This document shows, piece after piece, positions 26,974-34,153 of a stretch of DNA of 64,000 nucleotides; position 1 is the stretch's first letter, and each line of letters starts with the position of its first letter. The notes under the pieces are model-generated. The model was not told the DNA's origin, did not search any database, and worked only from the letters and a program-made list of their open reading frames with translations. The stretch is from Escherichia coli. Its GTDB lineage: Bacteria; Pseudomonadota; Gammaproteobacteria; Enterobacterales; Enterobacteriaceae. The stretch lies in NCBI RefSeq assembly GCF_016903815.1, contig NZ_CP069973.1; one strand, written 5' to 3'. Position numbers and translations under genes: made by a program.

Positions 26974-27002
26974 ATTATCCGGTGTAAGATACTTATAGTC
27001 AA
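26974..27002 (-). promoter_or_regulatory. Candidate sigma70 promoter of the cargo operon
   Basis: The minus strand reads TTGACT-N17-GATAAT, about 110 nt upstream of the gene A ATG. Confidence 0.4.
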
Positions 27003-27050
27003 ATGGCAGGGCTAATCTCATCTGTATTGAGCTATTAACAGCCATATGTA

Positions 27051-27082
27051 AGACTAAGAAACGCGCCCAGCAAAGGCGCGTT
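27051..27082 (-). terminator. Terminator after the 58-aa ORF
   Basis: The minus strand reads AACGCGCC-TTTGCTG-GGCGCGTT followed by TCTTAGTCTT. Confidence 0.55.
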
Positions 27083-27087
27083 CTGCA

Positions 27088-27264
27088 TCAGGTAAGTTTG
27101 CTGGGGTCTACGGTTTCCATCCAATCTGGAGCAATTCCCAAACGTTCCGCTATCTCTTCGTTGGTCATGTCTTCAGTTGAGAAATTAGCCAGAGAATCGT
27201 TAACTTCAGGATAGTCAGGGGAGAGTAACAGGTATTCCCGCAACGCTTTCAGATCTTTTTCCAT
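27088..27264 (-). CDS. Small acidic ORF (58 aa), divergent from the recombinase gene
   Basis: GGAGCGTTAAA-ATG RBS. Translation MEKDLKALREYLLLSPDYPEVNDSLANFSTEDMTNEEIAERLGIAPDWMETVDPSKLT. Has its own terminator. Below the ORF-track cutoff. Confidence 0.55.
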   Translation of the reverse strand: MEKDLKALREYLLLSPDYPEVNDSLANFSTEDMTNEEIAERLGIAPDWMETVDPSKLT

Positions 27265-27435
27265 TTTAACGCTCCTTGTTTATTGACAGTCGAACGATGG
27301 TGAAGATTCTTGCCATCTCAAGTACAGGCAAGAAAATCCACCAGAACACCAAATTATCTCATAAGGTTAAATCGGTGTCGGGCTATTTCTTTCGGCTAGG
27401 TGAGTGTACCGCCTTAACCACCGGCAATTATCATT

Positions 27436-27560
27436 GTCTCAATTGGGTATACCGTAATGACAAGGTGATACAAAGTCTCAATAGGGTTGTATAGGAACAT
27501 TTTGACTACACAAAATGCATTATGTATCATTTGCACTTATATTCACAACCCTATTGAGAC
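27436..27560. promoter_or_regulatory. res-like recombinase binding region overlapping the recombinase promoter
   Basis: Three copies of (T/A)GTCTCAAT(T/A)GGGT: 27436-27448 (+), 27475-27490 (+) and 27545-27560 (-). The last two form a perfect 16-bp inverted repeat. TTGACT-N17-TATCAT (27502-27530) lies between them. The total span of ~125 bp is similar to Tn3-type res. Confidence 0.55.
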
Positions 27561-27566
27561 AATGCA

Positions 27567-28193
27567 ATGAACGTTAGAATTTACTGCCGAGCATCAACTG
27601 AGGGGCAACACGCTGATCGAGCACTTACCAGCCTACGTGAATTTTCAAAATCAAAAGGCTGGCAGATTGCAGGAGAGTATATAGAAAATGCTAGCGGGGC
27701 GAAGCTTGAGCGCGTAGAGCTTATGCGGCTATTGTCTGAAGCCCAGTCCGGCGATCTGTTGCTAGTGGAAGCTATAGATCGTCTGAGTCGCCTAGAACAT
27801 AGCGCATGGGTCGAACTGAAAGATACGCTCAACCGAAAAGGGTTAATCATCGTATCAATGGATTTACCAACGAGCTGGCAGATGGTCGAGATGGCAGGCA
27901 ATGACCTAACCAGCGGCATCCTGAGAGCCGTAAATGCCATGTTGATTGATATCCTTGCCACAATGGCACGGCAGGATTACGAAACACGTCGTAAACGCCA
28001 ACAGCAAGGCATTGAGCGAGCTAAAAGCGAAGGAATATACATTGGCAGGGAGAAAAATCAGGAAGCCCGAGAGATCGTTAGAGAGATGTTGGAGCAAGGA
28101 GTAAAACCTGAACTCATCATGAAGGCAGCAGGAATCAGCCGAGCGACTTACTACCGTATAAAAAGTGAGCTGTCAGTCGTAAAATCAGAATAA
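27567..28193 (+). CDS. Small serine recombinase (resolvase/invertase family, C-terminal HTH)
   Basis: 208 aa. VRIYCRASTEGQ (catalytic Ser), LLVEAIDRLSR, and the C-terminal HTH AAGISRATYYRIK. Confidence 0.9.
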   Translation: MNVRIYCRASTEGQHADRALTSLREFSKSKGWQIAGEYIENASGAKLERVELMRLLSEAQSGDLLLVEAIDRLSRLEHSAWVELKDTLNRKGLIIVSMDLPTSWQMVEMAGNDLTSGILRAVNAMLIDILATMARQDYETRRKRQQQGIERAKSEGIYIGREKNQEAREIVREMLEQGVKPELIMKAAGISRATYYRIKSELSVVKSE

Positions 28194-28327
28194 CCTTTGA
28201 AAGGTCGTCAGGCTTGTTTCATCTGCTAAAAGCCAGCATTTCTGACCATAATACCTGGGGGCACCTACTGGGGCACCCACCAAAATCGAAAGACAAATAA
28301 GTTATAATTCAATCTGTTAGTTTACTT

Positions 28328-28350
28328 TTCGATTCCTGCAGGGGACACCA
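28328..28350 (+). repeat. Right-end att: 23-nt copy of the argW 3' end (pawZ-like tRNA-Arg pseudogene fragment)
   Basis: TTCGATTCCTGCAGGGGACACCA equals the T-loop through CCA of argW as recalled. There is no upstream tRNA body. Confidence 0.85.
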
Positions 28351-28790
28351 GATACCCTTCAAACCAAATCTACCTTCACCCCGTAAAAGATGGGTTTGGC
28401 GCACACTAGCCCTATATCTACTCATTTTTACTGCAACAGGTTGAAATCTCAGCACTGTCAGAAAGCGCTGATGACTAAACAGCCCTGGGCCGGGCGATGT
28501 AACCATCATACAGAATCCTGATAGCGAAATATGGCGTGACTCGATACTTCACTCTGCAATGCATTCCTTGATGAATTCGCAGGCCCGTGATACTCGGGAC
28601 AGGTCGCTGAATGACGACAATGTCCTGGAAATCAGCGAACCGCGTATCCGGAGTACATTTGAGCGACTGTACCAGAACATGAATGAGGCGTTTGGATTAG
28701 GTGATTATTAGTTGGGCTAAGCATTTTTGTATTATTATTTTCCGGTTGAGGGATATGGAGATATCGACAACAACCGGAAAAAGTTTACGT

Positions 28791-30038
28791 CTATATTGCT
28801 GAAGGTACAGGCGTTTCCATAACTATTTGCTCGCGTTTTTTACTCAGGAAGAAAATGCCAAATAGCAACATCAGGCAGACAATACCCGAAATTGCGAAGA
28901 AAACTGTCTGGTAGCCTGCGTGGTCAAAGAGTATCCCAGTCGGCGTTGAAAGCAGCACAATCCCAAGCGAACTGGCAATTTGAAAACCAATCAGAAAGAT
29001 CGTCGACGACAGGCGCTTATCAAAGTTTGCCACGCTGTATTTGAAGACGGATATGACACAAAGTGGAACCTCAATGGCATGTAACAGCTTCACTAATGAA
29101 ATAATCCAGGGGTTAACGAACAACGCGCAGGAAAGGATACGCAACGCCATAATCACAACACCGATAAGTAATGCATTTTTTGGCCCTACCCGATTCACAA
29201 AGAAAGGAATAATCGCCATGCACAGCGCTTCGAGTACCACCTGGAATGAGTTGAGATAACCATACAGGCGCGTTCCTACATCGTGTGATTCGAATAAACC
29301 TGCATAAAAGACAGGAAAGAGTTGTTGATCAAAAATGTTATAGAAAGACCACGTCCCCACAATAAATATGACGAAAACCCAGAAGTTTCGATCCTTGAAA
29401 ACTGCGATAAAATCCTCTTTTTTTACCCCTCCCGCATCCGCCGCTATGCACTGGTGATCCTTATCTTTAAAACGCATGTTGATCATCATAAATACAGCGC
29501 CAAATAGCGAGACCAACCAGAAGTTGATATGGGGACTGATACTAAAAAATATACCGGCAAAGAACGCGCCAATAGCATAGCCAAAAGATCCCCAGGCGCG
29601 CGCTGTTCCATATTCGAAATGAAAATTTCGCGCCATTTTTTCGGTGAAGCTGTCAAGCAAACCGCATCCCGCCAGATACCCCAGGCCAAAAAAGAGCGCC
29701 CCCAGAATTAGACCTACAGAAAAATTGCTTTGCAGTAACGGTTCATAAACGTAAATCATAAACGGTCCGGTCAAGACCAGAATGAAACTCATACACCAGA
29801 TGAGCGGTTTCTTCAGACCGAGTTTATCCTGAACGATGCCGTAGAACATCATAAATAGAATGCTGGTAAACTGGTTGACCGAATAAAGTGTACCTAATTC
29901 CGTCCCTGTTAATCCTAGATGTCCTTTCAGCCAAATAGCGTATAACGACCACCACAGCGACCAGGAAATAAAAAAGAGAAATGAGTAACTGGATGCAAAA
30001 CGATAGTACGCATTTCTGAATGGAATATTCAGTGCCAT
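28791..30038 (-). CDS. cscB: Sucrose:H+ symporter CscB (MFS, LacY-like)
   Basis: 415 aa, MALNIPFRNAYYRFASSYSFLFFISWSLWWSLYAIWLKG... recognised as CscB. Confidence 0.95.
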   Translation of the reverse strand: MALNIPFRNAYYRFASSYSFLFFISWSLWWSLYAIWLKGHLGLTGTELGTLYSVNQFTSILFMMFYGIVQDKLGLKKPLIWCMSFILVLTGPFMIYVYEPLLQSNFSVGLILGALFFGLGYLAGCGLLDSFTEKMARNFHFEYGTARAWGSFGYAIGAFFAGIFFSISPHINFWLVSLFGAVFMMINMRFKDKDHQCIAADAGGVKKEDFIAVFKDRNFWVFVIFIVGTWSFYNIFDQQLFPVFYAGLFESHDVGTRLYGYLNSFQVVLEALCMAIIPFFVNRVGPKNALLIGVVIMALRILSCALFVNPWIISLVKLLHAIEVPLCVISVFKYSVANFDKRLSSTIFLIGFQIASSLGIVLLSTPTGILFDHAGYQTVFFAISGIVCLMLLFGIFFLSKKREQIVMETPVPSAI

Positions 30039-30099
30039 AATTACCTGCCTGTCGTTAAAAAATTCATGTCCTATTTAGAGATAAGAGCGGCCTCGCCGT

Positions 30100-31023
30100 T
30101 TACTTCTCACCTTCCAGTTCTTGTCGACATGGCAGCGCTGTCATTGCCCCTTTCGCTGTTACTGCAAGCGCTCCGCAACGTTGAGCGAGATTGATAATTC
30201 GTCGCATTTCTCTCTCATCTGTAGATAATCCCGTAGAGGACAGACCTGTGAGTAACCCGGCAACGAACGCATCTCCCGCCCCAGTGCTATCGACACAATT
30301 CACAGACATTCCAGCAAAATGGTGAACTTGTCCTCGATAACAGACCACCACCCCTTCTGCACCTTTAGTCACCAACAGCATGGCGATCTCATACTCTTTT
30401 GCCAGCGCGCATATATCCCGATCGTTCTGTGTTTTTCCACTGATAAGTCGCCATTCTTCTTCCGAGAGCTTGACGACATCCGCCAGTTGTAGCGCCTGCC
30501 GCAAACACAAGCGGAACAAATGCTCGTCTTGCCATAGATCTTCACGAATATTGGGATCGAAGCTGACAAAACCTCCGGCATGCCGGATCGCCGTCATCGC
30601 AGTAAATGCGCTGGTACGCGAAGGCTCGGCAGACAACGCAATTGAACAGAGATGTAACCATTCGCCATGTCGCCAGCAGGGCAAGTCTGTCGTCTCTAAA
30701 AAAAGATCGGCACTGGGGCGGACCATAAACGTAAATGAACGTTCTCCTTGATCGTTCAGATCGACAAGCACCGTGGATGTCCGGTGCCATTCATCTTGCT
30801 TCAGATACGTGATATCGACACCCTCAGTTAGCAGCGTTCTTTGCATTAACGCACCAAAAGGATCATCACCGACCCGACCTATAAACCCACTTGTTCCGCC
30901 TAATCTGGCGATTCCCACCGCAACGTTAGCTGGCGCGCCGCCAGGACAAGGCAGTAGCCGCCCGTCTGATTCTGGCAAGAGATCTACGACCGCATCCCCT
31001 AAAACCCATACTTTGGCTGACAT
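30100..31023 (-). CDS. cscK: Fructokinase CscK (PfkB family)
   Basis: 307 aa. MSAKVWVLGDAVVDLLPE..., GGAPANVA and DSTGAGDAF motifs. Confidence 0.95.
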   Translation of the reverse strand: MSAKVWVLGDAVVDLLPESDGRLLPCPGGAPANVAVGIARLGGTSGFIGRVGDDPFGALMQRTLLTEGVDITYLKQDEWHRTSTVLVDLNDQGERSFTFMVRPSADLFLETTDLPCWRHGEWLHLCSIALSAEPSRTSAFTAMTAIRHAGGFVSFDPNIREDLWQDEHLFRLCLRQALQLADVVKLSEEEWRLISGKTQNDRDICALAKEYEIAMLLVTKGAEGVVVCYRGQVHHFAGMSVNCVDSTGAGDAFVAGLLTGLSSTGLSTDEREMRRIINLAQRCGALAVTAKGAMTALPCRQELEGEK

Positions 31024-31127
31024 TTTTTTCCCTTAAATTCATCTGACTTACGCATAGTGATAAACCTCTTTTTCGCAAAATCGTCATGGATTTACTAAAA
31101 CATGCATATTCGATCACAAAACGTCAT

Positions 31128-31205
31128 AGTTAACGTTAACATTTGTGATATTCATCGCATTTATGAAAGTAATGGACTTTATTTTTATAAAAGTTAACGT
31201 TAACA
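31128..31205. promoter_or_regulatory. Two identical palindromic operators (candidate CscR sites) in the cscKB/cscA divergent promoter region
   Basis: AGTTAACGTTAACA occurs at 31128-31141 and 31192-31205. The core GTTAACGTTAAC is a perfect 12-bp palindrome, as expected for a LacI-family operator. Confidence 0.6.
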
Positions 31206-31238
31206 ATTCACCAAATTTGCTTAACCAGGATGATAAAA

Positions 31239-32672
31239 ATGACGCAATCTCGATTACATGCGGCGCAAAACGCACTAGCAAAACTTCACGAGCGCCGAGG
31301 TAACACTTTCTATCCCCATTTTCACCTCGCGCCTCCTGCCGGGTGGATGAACGATCCAAACGGCCTGATCTGGTTTAACGATCGTTATCACGCGTTTTAT
31401 CAACATCACCCGATGAGCGAACACTGGGGGCCAATGCACTGGGGACATGCCACCAGCGACGATATGATCCACTGGCAGCATAAGCCTATTGCGCTAGCGC
31501 CAGGAGACGAGAATGACAAAGACGGGTGTTTTTCAGGTAGTGCTGTCGATGACAATGGTGTCCTCTCACTTATCTACACCGGACACGTCTGGCTCGATGG
31601 TGCAGGTAATGACGATGCAATTCGCGAAGTACAATGTCTGGCTACCAGTCGGGATGGTATTCATTTCGAGAAACAGGGTGTGATCCTCACTCCACCAGAA
31701 GGAATCATGCACTTCCGCGATCCTAAAGTGTGGCGTGAAGCCGACACATGGTGGATGGTTGTCGGGGCGAAAGATCCAGGCAACACGGGGCAGATCCTGC
31801 TTTATCGCGGCAGTTCATTGCGTGAATGGACCTTCGATCGCGTACTGGCCCACGCTGATGCGGGTGAAAGCTATATGTGGGAATGTCCGGACTTTTTCAG
31901 CCTTGGCGATCAGCATTATCTGATGTTTTCCCCGCAGGGAATGAATGCCGAGGGATACAGTTACCGAAATCGCTTTCAAAGTGGCGTAATACCCGGAATG
32001 TGGTCGCCAGGACGACTTTTTGCACAATCCGGGCATTTTACTGAACTTGATAACGGGCATGACTTTTATGCACCACAAAGCTTTTTAGCGAAGGATGGTC
32101 GGCGTATTGTTATCGGCTGGATGGATATGTGGGAATCGCCAATGCCCTCAAAACGTGAAGGCTGGGCAGGCTGCATGACGCTGGCGCGCGAGCTATCAGA
32201 GAGCAATGGCAAACTTCTACAACGCCCGGTACACGAAGCTGAGTCGTTACGCCAGCAGCATCAATCTATCTCTCCCCGCACAATCAGCAATAAATATGTT
32301 TTGCAGGAAAACGCGCAAGCAGTTGAGATTCAGTTGCAGTGGGCGCTGAAGAACAGTGATGCCGAACATTACGGATTACAGCTCGGCACTGGAATGCGGC
32401 TGTATATTGATAACCAATCTGAGCGACTTGTTTTGTGGCGGTATTACCCACACGAGAATTTAGATGGCTACCGTAGTATTCCCCTCCCGCAGGGTGACAT
32501 GCTCGCCCTAAGGATATTTATCGATACATCATCCGTGGAAGTATTTATTAACGACGGGGAGGCGGTGATGAGTAGCCGAATATATCCGCAGCCAGAAGAA
32601 CGGGAACTGTCGCTCTATGCCTCCCACGGAGTGGCTGTGCTGCAACATGGAGCACTCTGGCAACTGGGTTAA
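31239..32672 (+). CDS. cscA: Sucrose-6-phosphate hydrolase / invertase CscA (GH32)
   Basis: 477 aa from MTQSRLHAAQNALAKLHERRGN, with AGGA 8 nt upstream. Has WMNDPNG, FRDP and ECP GH32 motifs. Confidence 0.95.
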   Translation: MTQSRLHAAQNALAKLHERRGNTFYPHFHLAPPAGWMNDPNGLIWFNDRYHAFYQHHPMSEHWGPMHWGHATSDDMIHWQHKPIALAPGDENDKDGCFSGSAVDDNGVLSLIYTGHVWLDGAGNDDAIREVQCLATSRDGIHFEKQGVILTPPEGIMHFRDPKVWREADTWWMVVGAKDPGNTGQILLYRGSSLREWTFDRVLAHADAGESYMWECPDFFSLGDQHYLMFSPQGMNAEGYSYRNRFQSGVIPGMWSPGRLFAQSGHFTELDNGHDFYAPQSFLAKDGRRIVIGWMDMWESPMPSKREGWAGCMTLARELSESNGKLLQRPVHEAESLRQQHQSISPRTISNKYVLQENAQAVEIQLQWALKNSDAEHYGLQLGTGMRLYIDNQSERLVLWRYYPHENLDGYRSIPLPQGDMLALRIFIDTSSVEVFINDGEAVMSSRIYPQPEERELSLYASHGVAVLQHGALWQLG

Positions 32673-32679
32673 CATAATA

Positions 32680-33675
32680 TCAGGTGGAACAACGGATCAA
32701 CAGCGGGCAAGGGATCCGCGTCACTCTTCCCCCTTCACGATCTTCAATAATATGCAATGCAGCTTCCCGCCCGATAATGTCATGTGGAAGCTGAATTGTG
32801 GTCAGCGGCGGTAAAAACAGATGCCCGACGCCAACCAGATTATCAAAGCCCATTACGGCGACATCCTGCGGGATACGTACCCCCTTCGCCAGGAGAACCT
32901 GATAAGCGACAAAGGCTGCGCGATCGTTACCACATATCAGAACATCAAAATCTGGTTTGCCAGATTTGAAGTGGGCATTGAGTAAACTTGCGAGATCGGT
33001 GTAGTGATCATCACCTGTTGCCATGTGAAATTGTTTCACCTCAGCCAGATCTCGTCCAGCATCACGCCAGGCCTGCTCAAATCCCTGCCGACGATACCCT
33101 GTTGCCAACGCACTTTCCGGTAGCCAGAAGCATAACGGTTGACGATAGCCCGCCGCGAGCAAATGCTGTGTTGATTCATATTGTGCAGTGTAATCATCAG
33201 GGATATAACTGGGTAACGCTGGGTCATCCGCCACACAGTTCGCCAATACAATATTTTCACCATACAGAGACTCAGGCAGCGTGATATGTCGCAGCCCCAT
33301 TGTAGTATAGATAATGCCATCCGGACGGTGGGCAAGCAGCTGACGAGCAGCACGGGCAGCGTCATCTTCAGAAAAAATATTGATTAAAAAACTATTCCAG
33401 CCGAACTCGCTGGCGGTTTGCTCAATGGCAAGCAGAATATCAACAGAGAAAGGAGTGGTAGCAGTGTCCTGCGCCAGCACGGCGAGAGTCGACGGCTTAC
33501 GTCCTTGAGCGCGCATCTTACGGGCGGAAAGATCAGGAACATAATTCAGGGTCTGGATTGCCTGCAATACGCGGTCACGCGTTGCAGGACGCACAGATTC
33601 TGCATTATGCATCACCCGGGAGACTGTCATCATCGACACTCCCGCCAGGCGTGCGACATCCTTTAATGAAGCCAT
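32680..33675 (-). CDS. cscR: LacI-family repressor CscR
   Basis: 331 aa from the internal Met, MASLKDVARLAGVSMMTVSRVMHN... The 397-aa track ORF has a non-homologous N-terminal extension. Confidence 0.92.
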   Translation of the reverse strand: MASLKDVARLAGVSMMTVSRVMHNAESVRPATRDRVLQAIQTLNYVPDLSARKMRAQGRKPSTLAVLAQDTATTPFSVDILLAIEQTASEFGWNSFLINIFSEDDAARAARQLLAHRPDGIIYTTMGLRHITLPESLYGENIVLANCVADDPALPSYIPDDYTAQYESTQHLLAAGYRQPLCFWLPESALATGYRRQGFEQAWRDAGRDLAEVKQFHMATGDDHYTDLASLLNAHFKSGKPDFDVLICGNDRAAFVAYQVLLAKGVRIPQDVAVMGFDNLVGVGHLFLPPLTTIQLPHDIIGREAALHIIEDREGGRVTRIPCPLLIRCST

Positions 33676-33917
33676 ACCCAAGCCGTTTGCCGTAAAACGG
33701 GCACTGTAGCAGAAACAGACGTCACTGGCGAGATCCAACGATATTCTCGACGCCCTATCACCCGACACGGCAATACAATAAAAAATAACAATAATTCCCG
33801 GACAATTGTACCCAATTCCGCCTCTGTTCTCGCCAACGAGTAACCATGTAGGCAAGTAGGTAAAACATGCCAACTGGCATCGCCAACCTGGAGAAGAAAA
33901 TATAAATATGGATCATT

Positions 33918-34136
33918 GTGCTGCCGCTGTATCCCGACATCAGCCCGGAAATTATTGCGATTGCTATCGGTTCAGGTGCGATTGGCTGCACGATCGTTAC
34001 GGACTCGCTTTTCTGGCTGGTGAAGCAATATTGCGGCGCTACGCTCAATGAAACATTTAAATACTATACGACCGCGACATTTATCGCTTCAGTCGTCGCT
34101 CTGGCGGGCACATTCCTGCTGTCATTTATCATCTAA
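33918..34136 (+). pseudogene. dsdX: dsdX 3' remnant (D-serine transporter, GntP family), truncated by the csc islet
   Basis: [71 protein letters not shown] is the C-terminus of DsdX. There is no upstream remainder and no dsdC. Confidence 0.85.
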
Positions 34137-34153
34137 GCGCAAAGAGACGTACT

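Larger units (their letters stand above)
18028..28350. mobile_element. ~10.3 kb integrative element (satellite/IME-like) inserted in tandem with the prophage at the argW att site
   Basis: Direct repeats CTGCAGGGGACACCA at 18028-18042 and 28336-28350. A P4-type integrase starts 164 bp after the left core. Carries AlpA, an HUH Rep, a serine recombinase and AT-rich cargo. Confidence 0.8.

Noticed and set aside
27475-27560. Idea that the perfect 16-bp inverted repeats flank an invertible promoter (TTGACT-N17-TATCAT) that could flip between driving the recombinase and driving the 58-aa ORF/cargo operon
   Set aside because: The spacer is only 54 bp, far shorter than segments known to be inverted by serine invertases. 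A third direct copy upstream fits a three-subsite res better. A terminator (27051-27082) would also block read-through into the cargo operon. I keep this only as an alternative to test with long reads.
28309-28509. 66-aa minus-strand ORF spanning the right att fragment
   Set aside because: It runs antisense through the tRNA-derived repeat, has no RBS, and has no coding-like composition.
32680-33873. 397-aa version of the cscR ORF
   Set aside because: The first 66 codons have no similarity to LacI-family N-termini, which begin at the HTH (MASLKDVARLAGVS). The true start is taken as 33675.
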